Assembly: GCA_004357005.1 (NCBI GenBank)
Contig: SMWH01000028.1
Location: 1-25,558 of the forward strand
Source of the DNA: Gammaproteobacteria bacterium
GTDB lineage: Bacteria > Pseudomonadota > Gammaproteobacteria > SMWH01
Length of the DNA: 25,558 nt
Direction of reading: 5' to 3'
A program made the position numbers and the translations under genes. This document shows, in pieces, positions 1 through 11,214 of this stretch (the stretch's first letter is position 1; each line of letters starts with the position of its first letter). The notes below the pieces were generated by a model, which was not told the DNA's origin, did no database searches, and saw only the letters and a list, made by a program, of their open reading frames with translations.

Positions 1-3000
1 ATCAGGACGTTCCGGTGTTCCAGCAGTGTTATGAAATCGCCATGCTCCCCGAGACGTGCCGTCGCCTGAGCTTCCATCATGCTGATGGCCTGGGTCTGAA
101 GATAATTGCTGCGCAGCACCAGTCCGGCAACTTCATCCGTCATGCTCGCCATCAACCTGGGGCGCGATTTCTGCATCAATCTTCCGGCCCGAACCGCGTC
201 GTTGAGCAAAATCTTGATGTTGACTTCATGGTCCGAGCAATTCACACCCGCGGAATTATCTATGAAGTCCGTATTCAGGCGACCGCCGTTCAGCGCGTAT
301 TCAATGCGCCCGCGCTGGGTGAATCCGAGGTTGCCGCCCTCGCCCACCACCAGGCAGCGCAGATCGCGGCCGTTTACCCGGACCCCATCGTTGCTGCGAT
401 CGCCGGCGTCGCTTTGGCTTTCGGAGCGCGCTTTTACATAAGTCCCTATGCCCCCGTTCCAGAGCAGGTCCGCCGGCGCCTTCAACAACGCACGGATCAG
501 TTCATTGGGCGCCAGTCGTTCCTCTGCCACCCCCAACCAGTCGCGCAGCTCGGGCGACAAGGGGATGCTCTTTTCCTGGCGCGACCACACGCCACCTCCC
601 TTTGAGATGAGTTTGGCGTCATAGTCAGCCCAGCCTGAACGCGGCAGTTCGAATAACCGATCCCGTTCCGCATAACTCGCCGCGGGATCAGGATCCGGGT
701 CAATGAATATGTGCAAATGGTTGAAAGCGGCCTTGAGTCGAATATGGTCCGACAGAAGCATGCCGTTCCCGAACACATCTCCGGACATGTCGCCGATGCC
801 AACCACGTCAAAAGATTCGCGCTGAATGTCACGGCCCATTTCCCGGAAATGGCGTTTTACCGATTCCCAGGCACCGCGCGCCGTGATGCCCATTTTCTTG
901 TGGTCATAACCGACGGAGCCTCCGGACGCGAAAGCATCGCCCAACCAGAACTGGTAGCTTTCCGCCACGTCGTTGGCGATATCCGAAAAAGTGGCCGTAC
1001 CTTTGTCCGCTGCCACCACAAGATACGGATCATCACCGTCGTATCGAACCACATCCGGCGGCGGCACGATGTCCCCATCGACGATATTGTCGGTAATATC
1101 CAGCAGGCTGCTGACGAAATGCCGGTAACAACGCACGCCTTCAGCGAGCACGGCGTCGCGATCCGATGTGTCCGGCGCGCGTTTGAGCACAAAACCACCC
1201 TTGGCGCCGACGGGGACGATGACCGTGTTCTTTACCATCTGGGCTTTCATCAAACCCAGCACCTCGGTCCGGAAATCCTCGCGCCGGTCAGACCAGCGCA
1301 ATCCACCACGCGCTACTTCTCCCCCGCGCAGGTGCACGCCTTCCATGTGAGGCGCATACACGAAGATCTCGAACATCGGACGGGGTTCGGGAAGCTCCGG
1401 CACTTTCGAGGAATCCAGCTTGAAAGCGATCGCTGGTTTTGGTTCCCCATCTGCCGTCACCTGGTAATAGTTGGTACGCAGGGCTGCCTTGATCACGCCG
1501 ATAAAACTGCGCAGGATCCGGTCCGCATCCAGACTCCGGACTTCTTCCAGTTCTTCATGCAGGCAGTGTTCGAGAACCCCGGCCGCTTCGTCGCGCTTCC
1601 GGAATCGCGGATCAAACCGGGCTTCGAACAGTTCCACAAGAAGGCGGGCAATCACCGGGTAGTCCGCCAGCGTTTGTTCCATATACGGTTGGCTGAACGG
1701 CAAACCGGTCTGCAACAGGTATTTGCACACCGCCCGGATCAGTGAAACCTGCCGCCAGTCCAGTCGCGCGCTCAGGACGAGGCGATTGAATCCGTCGTTT
1801 TCAGCCTCGCCCCGCCAGACCCGCAGGAAAGTCTCCTGAAAGATGTCCCTGACCTGATCCAGTTTCAGCTCGATTTGAGAACCCGGGATCATGTCGAAGT
1901 CCTGTATCCACATGGTTCGCCCGTCCGCCGGATTCAGTTCGTAGGGCCGTTCGCTGACGATGCGCAGTCCCATGTTCTCCAGCATGGGCACAGCATCGGA
2001 CAGAGGAATCGTGTGGTGGTAGCGGAATACCTTGAAGCGGAGCATGCCACTGCCCCGGCGTTTTCGTGGACGATACAGGCTCATGCCCAGATCGTCCTCG
2101 TCCTTCACAGCCGCCAGGTTCAGCACATCAAAAGACGCCACCCACGGCCCCACATCCTCGGTGTAGGCCGCCGGGAAGGCCTGGCCGAAACGCCGAGCGA
2201 GTTCCAGGCCCTTCCCTTCACCCACTTTCCCGACAAGAATTTCTTCCAGTTGGTCCTGCCAGGAACGAACCGCTTCAACAAGCCGTTGCTCGATCTCGAC
2301 CACGTTGTAATCCACCACGTCCTCACCCGGACGTGTTCGGACGAAGACGTGAACACGGGCCAACGGCGTGTCGAACACCTGCACCGTGTAGTCCAGGCGC
2401 ACGCCCTTCAGCGCCCGGCGCAGGATCCCCTGAATGTTCTCGCGTACTTCTGTATTGAAACGATCTCGCGGGATGTATACGAGACAGGAAAAAAACCGGC
2501 CGAAACGCCCCTTGCGGATAAACAGGCGCGTCTGCCGACGTTCCTGGAGGTTGAGGATCCCCATCGCCAGGGTGTAAATCTCTTCCTCGCTGCCCTGGAA
2601 CAACTCGTCTCTGGGCAGCGTGTCCAGAATGTGCATCAGCGCCTTGCCGCCGTGCCCGCCCCTGGAAAGGCCACTGCGTTGCAGTACGTTGCGTACCTTC
2701 AGCCGCAACAGCGGAATATCCCTGGGTGCGCGGCTGTAAACACCGGAGGTAAACTGTCCCAGGAAACGATGCTCTCCGATTATCCGGCCGTGCCCATCGA
2801 AGCGCATCACGCCCACATAGTCCATGTAGCCGGTACGATGCACCGTGGCACGGGCGTTGGTCTTGGTGAAAACGATCAGTTCCGGGTTGTCCACCAACTC
2901 CTGCGCTTCGCCCGATATCTTCCTGCCTTCCTTGCCACCAGACCGTTTGGAATTCAGCAATCCCAGGCCGGTGGCGTCGTCGGGATACAGCCACAACTCG

Positions 3001-3743
3001 CCATCTTTATCACGCAGGTCATATTGCTTGTAACCGAGAAAGGTGAAGTGGTCCCTGGCCATCCAATCCACGAAATCCCGCGTTTCACTCAACCATTCAT
3101 CGTCTACGTCCGCCCGGGTTACGCCAATTTCCTGGCTGACTGCCAAGGCCTTGTCCCGCATTTCGGACCAGTCATCCACGGCAGCCCGCACATCAGCCAG
3201 CGCCTCTTCTACGCTCTTGCGAATCCGCCGCAGAGCATGACGTGAATTCTGGCGGTCGATTTCCATGTAAACGAAGGATTCGGTCAAGACATCCCTGCCG
3301 TTGCCACGGGGACCGATGTCAGTGATATTTCCGTCACCGTCACGCACAACATCAAGCGTGGGATGAATCGTCAAGTGCACGGTGCAATGGTGCTCGGCAA
3401 CTGCCATGCTCACGGAATCCACGAGGAAAGGCATGTCGTCGTTGACGATTTCAACAATCGTGCTGCGGGCCTCCCACCCGTGGGTATCCATGGCGGGGTT
3501 GTATGCTCTGACCTTGGCCACGCCGGGTTGCCGCTTCCATCCAAAATCAAGCATCGCCGCTGCCAGCGCTGCGAGGTCTGCCGGATCGCGTTGTTCCAGT
3601 TCGTCGGTGGCAACCCGGGCGAAAAACAGATCCACAAAGGTCGCAGCGAGCTTTTTGCCGGCAACAACCGGTCGCTGCTGTTTCAGCGCAGCACGCACGC
3701 TGTTCAACAGCTCTTCGCGATGGTTTTCCCTGGTGATGGTCAC
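1..3743 (-). CDS. gdhB: Large NAD-specific glutamate dehydrogenase (bacterial GdhB/NAD-GDH family), 3' end beyond window
   Basis: Manual minus-strand translation from GTG at 3743 gives VTITRENHREELL...TIVEIVNDDMPFLVDS (family N-terminal motif), RGGLRWSDRREDFRTEVLGLMKAQMVKNTVIVPVGAKGGF, DPYLVVAADKGTATFSDIAN, GITARGAWESVKRHF, GIGDMSGDVFGNGMLL, GEGGNLGFTQRGRIEY and NTDFIDNSAGV. The start and the frame-checked AKGGF segment share one register; I did not check every codon for stops, but the ORF track shows no stop-terminated ORF in this frame. About 1247 codons in window. Confidence 0.96.
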   Translation of the reverse strand, partial: MTITRENHREELLNSVRAALKQQRPVVAGKKLAATFVDLFFARVATDELEQRDPADLAALAAAMLDFGWKRQPGVAKVRAYNPAMDTHGWEARSTIVEIVNDDMPFLVDSVSMAVAEHHCTVHLTIHPTLDVVRDGDGNITDIGPRGNGRDVLTESFVYMEIDRQNSRHALRRIRKSVEEALADVRAAVDDWSEMRDKALAVSQEIGVTRADVDDEWLSETRDFVDWMARDHFTFLGYKQYDLRDKDGELWLYPDDATGLGLLNSKRSGGKEGRKISGEAQELVDNPELIVFTKTNARATVHRTGYMDYVGVMRFDGHGRIIGEHRFLGQFTSGVYSRAPRDIPLLRLKVRNVLQRSGLSRGGHGGKALMHILDTLPRDELFQGSEEEIYTLAMGILNLQERRQTRLFIRKGRFGRFFSCLVYIPRDRFNTEVRENIQGILRRALKGVRLDYTVQVFDTPLARVHVFVRTRPGEDVVDYNVVEIEQRLVEAVRSWQDQLEEILVGKVGEGKGLELARRFGQAFPAAYTEDVGPWVASFDVLNLAAVKDEDDLGMSLYRPRKRRGSGMLRFKVFRYHHTIPLSDAVPMLENMGLRIVSERPYELNPADGRTMWIQDFDMIPGSQIELKLDQVRDIFQETFLRVWRGEAENDGFNRLVLSARLDWRQVSLIRAVCKYLLQTGLPFSQPYMEQTLADYPVIARLLVELFEARFDPRFRKRDEAAGVLEHCLHEELEEVRSLDADRILRSFIGVIKAALRTNYYQVTADGEPKPAIAFKLDSSKVPELPEPRPMFEIFVYAPHMEGVHLRGGEVARGGLRWSDRREDFRTEVLGLMKAQMVKNTVIVPVGAKGGFVLKRAPDTSDRDAVLAEGVRCYRHFVSSLLDITDNIVDGDIVPPPDVVRYDGDDPYLVVAADKGTATFSDIANDVAESYQFWLGDAFASGGSVGYDHKKMGITARGAWESVKRHFREMGRDIQRESFDVVGIGDMSGDVFGNGMLLSDHIRLKAAFNHLHIFIDPDPDPAASYAERDRLFELPRSGWADYDAKLISKGGGVWSRQEKSIPLSPELRDWLGVAEERLAPNELIRALLKAPADLLWNGGIGTYVKARSESQSDAGDRSNDGVRVNGRDLRCLVVGEGGNLGFTQRGRIEYALNGGRLNTDFIDNSAGVNCSDHEVNIKILLNDAVRAGRLMQKSRPRLMASMTDEVAGLVLRSNYLQTQAISMMEAQATARLGEHGDFITLLEHRNVL

Positions 3744-3751
3744 GTATGCTC

Positions 3752-4915
<1,164 letters not shown>

Positions 4916-4962
4916 AATGCGTCCTCGATCAGTGCCCCCGGGAAGGGCGGCTGAGAGCCCGA

Positions 4963-4991
4963 ATTGTATTTCACTTTGTTGGATGCGGCAG
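4963..4991 (-). promoter_or_regulatory. Candidate sigma70 promoter for the acyl-CoA dehydrogenase-gdhB unit
   Basis: Minus strand CTGCCG (4991-4986), 17-nt spacer, TACAAT (4968-4963), about 48 nt upstream of the ATG at 4915. Confidence 0.45.
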
Positions 4992-4996
4992 CCTTC

Positions 4997-5025
4997 TTGA
5001 CCTTCCGGAGGCCCCCTCGTGACTT
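4997..5025 (+). promoter_or_regulatory. Possible sigma70 promoter for metH (good -35, poor -10)
   Basis: TTGACC at 4997-5002, 17-nt spacer, TGACTT at 5020-5025 (weak -10 match). Confidence 0.2.
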
Positions 5026-5070
5026 CTCCCGGCTTGGCCGGCGGCCCCCATCCAGGACCAGGATCGCCCC

Positions 5071-8000
5071 ATGACCCAGCCTGTCGAGGCCTATAGCAAC
5101 ACCGATCGCGCCCGGACCCTGCACCAGACCCTGAGGCAGCGGATCATGGTCCTCGATGGCGCCATGGGTACCATGATCCAGGCCCGCAGGCTGGATGAGG
5201 CGGATTTTCGGGGTGCGGCCTTCGCCGACCACGCCCAGGACCTGAGGGGCAACAACGACATCCTGTGCCTCACCCAACCCGACATCATCCGGGACATCCA
5301 CCGGGCCTACCTGGAGGCCGGGGCGGACGTCATTCTGACCAATACCTTCAACGCCACATCCATTTCGCAACGCGACTACGGGACCCAGGATCAAGCCTTC
5401 GAGATCAACCGCGCCGGCGCCGTGCTGGCCCGGCAAGCAGCGGATGCGCACGCCAGTCAGAGCGATCGCGACTGTCTCGTTGGCGGCTCCCTGGGCCCGA
5501 CCAACCGCACCGCGTCCATTTCCCCGGACGTGGGTGATCCCGCCGCGCGTAACGTCACTTTTGAGCAGCTGGCGGACAGTTACGAAGAAGCGGCGCGGGG
5601 TCTCCTCGAAGGCGGCTGCGACCTGCTGCTGATCGAAACGGTCTTTGACACACTCAACGCCAAGGCCGCCGTGTTCGCCGTCGAAGGCCTTTTCGCGAAA
5701 ACAGGTGTGCGCGTCCCCGTCATGGTTTCCGGCACCATTACCGATGCGAGCGGCCGCACCCTGTCCGGCCAGACTCCGGAAGCCTTCTGGTACTCCATCA
5801 GCCATGCCCGGCCAATGCTTGCGGGGCTCAATTGCGCTTTGGGGGCGGAGGCGTTGCGCCCGCACATCGAATCCCTGTCCAGGGTCTGCGACACCTGGGT
5901 CAGTTGCCACCCCAACGCCGGTCTCCCCAACCCGATGGGCGAATATGACGAGTCCCCGGAACAGATGGCATCGGTGATCGGCGAATTCGCCCGCGATGGA
6001 CTCGTGAACATGGTGGGAGGTTGCTGCGGCACGACACCCGATCATATAGCCGCGATCGCCGCGGCGGTGGACGGCCTCAAACCACGACAACCAGCGGCGG
6101 CCCCACGATACAGCCATTTGAGCGGACTGGAGCCTTTGGAGATCCGACCAGACAGCAACTTCATCAATGTGGGCGAGCGCACCAACATCACCGGATCCGC
6201 CAGGTTCAAGAAACTGATTGGCGACGGCGACTACGAAACCGCCCTGGAGGTCGCGCGCCAACAGGTGAAGAACGGCGCGCAGATCATTGACGTCAACATG
6301 GATGAGGCACTGCTGGATTCGGAAAAGGCCATGGCGACATACCTGCGCCTCATCGCCGGTGAACCGGATATCGCCCGGGTGCCGCTCATGATCGATTCCT
6401 CCAAGTGGAGCGTGATCGAAACCGGTCTCAGAAACATCCAGGGAAAAGGCATCGTCAACTCCATCAGCCTCAAGGAAGGCGAAGACACTTTTCGTGAACA
6501 GGCAACCCTGGTTCGCCGTTATGGCGCCGCCGTCGTGGTCATGGCCTTCGACGAACAGGGCCAGGCTGACACGATCGAACGCAAAGTCGATATCTGCGTG
6601 CGGGCCTATCGCATCCTCACGCAGGACATTGGTTTCCCTCCACAAGACATCATTTTTGATCCCAATATCTTTGCGGTTGCCACCGGAATCGAGGAGCACA
6701 ATGCCTATGGCGTTAACTTCATTGAAGCGGTGGCCAGGATCAGGGAAAAGTGCCCCGGAGTCCAGATCAGCGGCGGCGTCAGCAACGTTTCCTTTTCGTT
6801 CCGCGGGAATAACGCAGTCCGGGAAGCCATCCACTCGGTGTTTCTCTACCATGCGATCCGCGCCGGCATGAACATGGGCATCGTCAACGCCGGACAACTC
6901 GTCGTATACGACGATATCCCTGGACAACTGAAGGAACGCGTCGAAGACGTCATCCTGAACCGGCGCGACGATGCCACCGACCGACTGCTGGAAATCGCCC
7001 AGCAGTACCGCAAAGACCACGTTCCCGACGACCGGCCGGAAGAAGATTGGCGCGCTTTGCCGGTCAACGAACGGCTCCGGCACGCGCTGGTACACGGAAT
7101 CGCGGATTTTGTCGTCGAGGATACGGAACAGGCACGGCAGCAGGCGACCCGGCCGCTTCATGTGATCGAGGGGCCGTTGATGGATGGCATGAACATCGTA
7201 GGCGATCTGTTCGGAGCTGGAAAAATGTTCCTGCCCCAGGTCGTTAAAAGCGCCCGGGTCATGAAAAAGGCCGTCGCCCACCTGCAGCCATTCATGGAAG
7301 CTGAACGGGCAGCCAGTGGAGGATCACCCAGCAGGGGCAAGGTGATCATGGCCACGGTCAAGGGCGATGTGCACGATATCGGCAAGAAAATCGTCGGCGT
7401 CGTGCTTGCCTGCAACAACTTCGAGATCGTGGACCTGGGCGTCATGGTCCCGGCACAGCGGATCCTGGACGCGGCCAGAGAAGAAAACGCCGCCCTCATC
7501 GGGCTCAGCGGCCTGATCACGCCGTCGCTGGAGGAAATGGCCCATGTCGCCGCCGAAATGCAACGACAAGACTGCCGGGTGCCTCTCCTGATCGGTGGCG
7601 CCACCACGTCGCGGGCGCATACCGCTCTTCGGATCGAACCGCGTTACCGGGGCGCCACGGTATGGGTGAAGGACGCGTCCCGCGCGGTGAGCGTGGTGCA
7701 GTCGCTGCTAAGCGACGAACACCGGGAACCCTTTGTCGCCAAAGTCCGTGGTGAATACGAAGAAGTTCGCCGACGTCATGCCGATCGTGACACGGCTTCG
7801 AAACTGCGTAGCCTGGAAGAGGCTCAGAGGTGTCGGTTGCAACTGGAATGGTCCGATTATGCGCCGCCGGTGCCAAAGACCATGGGCGTCGAATTATTGG
7901 AGGACTACCCGCTGGAAGAGTTGGCGAAGTACATTGACTGGACACCCTTCTTTCAGACCTGGGAGCTCAAGGGGCGATATCCTGCCATCCTCGATGATCC

Positions 8001-8790
8001 CCGCCTGGGAGCGGAGGCCAGGAAACTCCACGCCGACGCGCAGCAACTCCTCGAACGGCTGATCGACGAAAAGCTCCTGACGGCCCAGGGCGTTTTTGGG
8101 CTGTTCCCCGCCAACCGGGACGGGGACGACATCCTTGTCTACCCGGATGAAAACCGGGAATCGGTGCACACGGTCCTGAATTGCCTGCGACAGCAACTGA
8201 CCAAGCCAGCCGGGAAGCCGGATCTGTGTCTCGCCGATTTCGTCGCCCCTGCGGGGGTTGCTGATTACGTGGGCGCCTTTGCCGTGACCGCGGGCATTGG
8301 CGCACAAGCCCTGGTGGAACACTATGAACGCGACCACGATGACTACAACGCCATCCTGGTCAGGGCCCTGGCGGACCGGCTGGCCGAAGCTTTTGCCGAG
8401 CGCCTCCATCAACGCATCCGAACCGAGTTCTGGGGTTATGCGCCGGAGGAGGCCTTCGACCACCAACAACTGATCCGGGAAGCCTATGCCGGTATCCGCC
8501 CGGCACCCGGTTACCCGGCGTGCCCTGATCACACGGAAAAACGCAAGCTCTTCGGTTTGCTGGATGTGGAAACACGCACGCACATCACACTCACGGAGTC
8601 CTTCGCCATGCTGCCTGCGGCGTCAGTGAGTGGCCTGTATTTTTCCCACCCGCAGAGCCAGTACTTCGTCGTGGGCAAGATCAACCGGGACCAGGTCAAG
8701 GACTACGCTCGCCGCAAGAATGTGGATATCCGGCAAGTTGAGCGCTGGCTCGCTTCCAACCTGGCCTATGACCCGGACTCGCCGGCGTAG
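5071..8790 (+). CDS. metH: Cobalamin-dependent methionine synthase, full four-module form, 1239 aa
   Basis: [17 protein letters not shown] and GGCCGTTP (Zn ligands of the homocysteine domain), [14 protein letters not shown] (pterin domain), KGDVHDIGK (DxHxxG B12-binding motif), [17 protein letters not shown] (AdoMet reactivation domain). Confidence 0.98.
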   Translation: MTQPVEAYSNTDRARTLHQTLRQRIMVLDGAMGTMIQARRLDEADFRGAAFADHAQDLRGNNDILCLTQPDIIRDIHRAYLEAGADVILTNTFNATSISQRDYGTQDQAFEINRAGAVLARQAADAHASQSDRDCLVGGSLGPTNRTASISPDVGDPAARNVTFEQLADSYEEAARGLLEGGCDLLLIETVFDTLNAKAAVFAVEGLFAKTGVRVPVMVSGTITDASGRTLSGQTPEAFWYSISHARPMLAGLNCALGAEALRPHIESLSRVCDTWVSCHPNAGLPNPMGEYDESPEQMASVIGEFARDGLVNMVGGCCGTTPDHIAAIAAAVDGLKPRQPAAAPRYSHLSGLEPLEIRPDSNFINVGERTNITGSARFKKLIGDGDYETALEVARQQVKNGAQIIDVNMDEALLDSEKAMATYLRLIAGEPDIARVPLMIDSSKWSVIETGLRNIQGKGIVNSISLKEGEDTFREQATLVRRYGAAVVVMAFDEQGQADTIERKVDICVRAYRILTQDIGFPPQDIIFDPNIFAVATGIEEHNAYGVNFIEAVARIREKCPGVQISGGVSNVSFSFRGNNAVREAIHSVFLYHAIRAGMNMGIVNAGQLVVYDDIPGQLKERVEDVILNRRDDATDRLLEIAQQYRKDHVPDDRPEEDWRALPVNERLRHALVHGIADFVVEDTEQARQQATRPLHVIEGPLMDGMNIVGDLFGAGKMFLPQVVKSARVMKKAVAHLQPFMEAERAASGGSPSRGKVIMATVKGDVHDIGKKIVGVVLACNNFEIVDLGVMVPAQRILDAAREENAALIGLSGLITPSLEEMAHVAAEMQRQDCRVPLLIGGATTSRAHTALRIEPRYRGATVWVKDASRAVSVVQSLLSDEHREPFVAKVRGEYEEVRRRHADRDTASKLRSLEEAQRCRLQLEWSDYAPPVPKTMGVELLEDYPLEELAKYIDWTPFFQTWELKGRYPAILDDPRLGAEARKLHADAQQLLERLIDEKLLTAQGVFGLFPANRDGDDILVYPDENRESVHTVLNCLRQQLTKPAGKPDLCLADFVAPAGVADYVGAFAVTAGIGAQALVEHYERDHDDYNAILVRALADRLAEAFAERLHQRIRTEFWGYAPEEAFDHQQLIREAYAGIRPAPGYPACPDHTEKRKLFGLLDVETRTHITLTESFAMLPAASVSGLYFSHPQSQYFVVGKINRDQVKDYARRKNVDIRQVERWLASNLAYDPDSPA

Positions 8791-9758
8791 CGGCTGAAGG
8801 ACTCCAAATCGATATTGGATCCGCACACCAGCACGCCTACCGTTTTTCCCGCCAGTTTTTCACGCAAGGGTCCGAGTAAACCGGCCGTGGCCGCCGCGCC
8901 GGCCGGTTCCACCGCCAGCTTCGCTTCGTCGAACAACAACCGCATGGCGTCGCGCATCATGTCATCGTTGATCATGACGAGTTCGTCCACATATCGCCGG
9001 CACAGGGAGAAACTGTACGGAGCCGCGTAAGGCGCGCCCAGACTGTCCGCGATCGTGCGCACCTTGTCGATGGATTCCGGTTTTCCCGAGGCAAATGAGC
9101 GATGCATGGTATCCGCCCCTTCGGGTTCCACGCCGAACACCTGACAATCGGGCAAGAGCTGCTTGATCGCGCACGACACGCCCGCACACAGGCCACCACC
9201 GCCGATGGGTATGATCACCGCATCCATTTGCGGTGTTTGCTCCCCCCACTCGAGCCCCAGGGTGGCGGTCCCGGTGCAGGTCACCGGGCCTTCGAAGGGG
9301 TGCACGAAGGTCATGCCTTCTTCACGTTCGATGCGGTGCACTTCTTCGAAGGCCTGGTGTACGTCGTCGACCAGCACGACCTCTGCGCCCAACCGCCGAC
9401 ATTTCTCTACCCGCATCGGGTTGGCATTCCTTGGCATGACCACTTTCGCCCGGGTCCCGACGCTCTTTGCTGCCCAGCCCACGGCGATCGCGTGGTTACC
9501 AGCGCTCACCGCCGTCAGCCCCCGGCTTCTTTCCTTTTCTGAAAGGGTCAGGGCGTTGAGCAACGCGCCCCGCGCCTTGAAGGTACCGGTGTGCTGAAAC
9601 AGCTCCAGTTTCATTTCCACCCGCGTCGAACCCAGACGTTCCGTCAGCGCCTGGCACTCCCAGTTCCATACCGGGGTCGCGCGAATTCGATCACCCAGCA
9701 GATCCCGGGCCTCGCGGATGTCTTCAAGACTTGGAGGACTGGATTGGTCCCGGTTCAT
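8766..9758 (-). CDS. PLP-dependent serine/threonine dehydratase (fold type II, no ACT regulatory domain), 330 aa
   Basis: [16 protein letters not shown] (PLP lysine), SAGNHA, PIGGGGL (phosphate loop), VEPAGA, CGSN. Too short to carry an IlvA-type C-terminal regulatory domain. Confidence 0.9.
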   Translation of the reverse strand: MNRDQSSPPSLEDIREARDLLGDRIRATPVWNWECQALTERLGSTRVEMKLELFQHTGTFKARGALLNALTLSEKERSRGLTAVSAGNHAIAVGWAAKSVGTRAKVVMPRNANPMRVEKCRRLGAEVVLVDDVHQAFEEVHRIEREEGMTFVHPFEGPVTCTGTATLGLEWGEQTPQMDAVIIPIGGGGLCAGVSCAIKQLLPDCQVFGVEPEGADTMHRSFASGKPESIDKVRTIADSLGAPYAAPYSFSLCRRYVDELVMINDDMMRDAMRLLFDEAKLAVEPAGAAATAGLLGPLREKLAGKTVGVLVCGSNIDLESFSRYAGESGS

Positions 9759-9762
9759 GACC

Positions 9763-11166
9763 TTATCGTCGCTTTTTTTGCCTGGTCGTGTGTTTTATCT
9801 GGCGCTTGCGACGTTTCTTCTGGCGCTCGCTTAACACGTTCTTTTTTCCTTCGTAGGGGTTCTTTCCGCTCCGCAGATCGACACGAATAGGGGCCCCGGT
9901 AATCTTGAGGCGCTTCCGGTAGGTGTTGACCAGGTAACGCTGATAGCTTGCGGGCACCATGTCGGTGCGGTTGCCGTGCACGATGATACGAACCGGGTTG
10001 ACGCCCCCCTGATGGGCATAACGCAGTTTCGGCGCCCGTCCCCGGACGACTGGTGGCGTGTGTCTTTGCGTTGCATCCTCCAGTATCTCCGTCAGTCGCG
10101 GTGTCGGCACTTTCAGGAACGCGGACTCCCGCGCGCGTAACGCCGCCTTGAGCAGCTTGTCGATGCCGGTGCCATGCAGCGCGGATATGAAGTGACGCTC
10201 CGCGAAATCACAGAAACCGAGTTTCAAATCCAGCTCCCGCCTCACCTTGTCGCGTTGCTCGGGCTCGAGCCGGTCCCATTTGTTTATGGCGATCACGAGG
10301 GCCCGCCCCTGTTCAATGATATGCCCGAGAATAGTCGCGTCCTGATCCGTAACTCCCTCCTGGGCATCCAGCATCAAGATTACTACTTGCGATGCATCGA
10401 TGGCCTGAAGGGTCTTTATGATGCTGAATTTTTCGACTGTTTCGTGAACGCGCGCCCGGCGCCGCACGCCTGCCGTATCGATGAGAACAAAATCCCACCC
10501 GCCCCGGGTAAACGGCACTCGCACGCTGTCCCGGGTGGTGCCCGGTTGATCGAAAGTGATCACCCTTTCCTCCCCGATCATCCGGTTGATCAAAGTGGAC
10601 TTGCCTACGTTGGGCCGGCCCACCACCGCGATCGGAATTCTCCCCTCCGGTACCTCGGCATCGGTTTCCACGGTCGCCGGAAGATAGACATCAAGCAGTT
10701 CGACGAGATCGGAGATTCCGCGACCATGGGTGGCCGTGGTTGGCGTTACATCGGCAAAACCCAGGGCATGAAAATCGGCCATGGCAGTATCCGCGTCTGA
10801 GCCGTCCACCTTGTTCACCGCCACCACTACGGGCTTGCCGGTCACGCGCAACTGGTCCGCGATCTGCTCATCTCGCGTGTTGAGTCCTTCTCGCGCATCA
10901 ACCACCAGAACGACCACATCGGCCTCGTCGATCGCCAGATGAACCTGTTTGTCCATCAGCGCTTCCACGCCGGTATGGGATTCCGTCAGTCCACCCGTGT
11001 CGACGGCGAGGAAACGGTGATCGTCGATTTTCGCCAGCCCGTACTGGCGATCGCGGGTGAGCCCGGGCATGGCGCCCACGAGAGCGTCACGGGATCGGGT
11101 CAGTTGATTGAAAAGCGTGGACTTGCCTACGTTCGGCCGGCCCACCAGCGCGACGACAGGCAGCAT
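9763..11166 (-). CDS. der: Ribosome biogenesis double GTPase Der (EngA), 467 aa
   Basis: Two G domains: GRPNVGKS/DTGG/NKVD and GRPNVGKS/DTAG/NKWD, followed by a KH-like C-terminus (PKLRYAHQGG) and a basic tail. Confidence 0.98.
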   Translation of the reverse strand: MLPVVALVGRPNVGKSTLFNQLTRSRDALVGAMPGLTRDRQYGLAKIDDHRFLAVDTGGLTESHTGVEALMDKQVHLAIDEADVVVLVVDAREGLNTRDEQIADQLRVTGKPVVVAVNKVDGSDADTAMADFHALGFADVTPTTATHGRGISDLVELLDVYLPATVETDAEVPEGRIPIAVVGRPNVGKSTLINRMIGEERVITFDQPGTTRDSVRVPFTRGGWDFVLIDTAGVRRRARVHETVEKFSIIKTLQAIDASQVVILMLDAQEGVTDQDATILGHIIEQGRALVIAINKWDRLEPEQRDKVRRELDLKLGFCDFAERHFISALHGTGIDKLLKAALRARESAFLKVPTPRLTEILEDATQRHTPPVVRGRAPKLRYAHQGGVNPVRIIVHGNRTDMVPASYQRYLVNTYRKRLKITGAPIRVDLRSGKNPYEGKKNVLSERQKKRRKRQIKHTTRQKKRR

Positions 11167-11198
11167 GGCAAAAGCACTTTGAGGGTTGGTTGAAACGG

Positions 11199-11204
11199 AG
11201 TATA
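11199..11204 (-). promoter_or_regulatory. -10-like hexamer upstream of der (possible internal promoter)
   Basis: TATACT on the minus strand in the bamB-der gap. No recognisable -35. Confidence 0.3.
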
Positions 11205-11214
11205 ACCGCGGCGG

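Noticed and set aside
1-3743. Possibility that the GDH call is the known spurious 'NAD-GDH' annotation antisense to dnaK
   Set aside because: The minus-strand translation contains authentic large NAD-GDH motifs and neither strand resembles DnaK.
4930-4960. TGCCCCCG/GGAAGG and GCTGAGA, reminiscent of cobalamin and TPP riboswitch fragments upstream of metH
   Set aside because: Spacing and the other conserved elements are missing, and the segment lies upstream of the only candidate metH promoter.
8766-9758. Serine racemase assignment for the PLP enzyme
   Set aside because: It has Ala (SAGNH) rather than the second Ser (SSGNH) needed for racemisation, so a dehydratase is more consistent.
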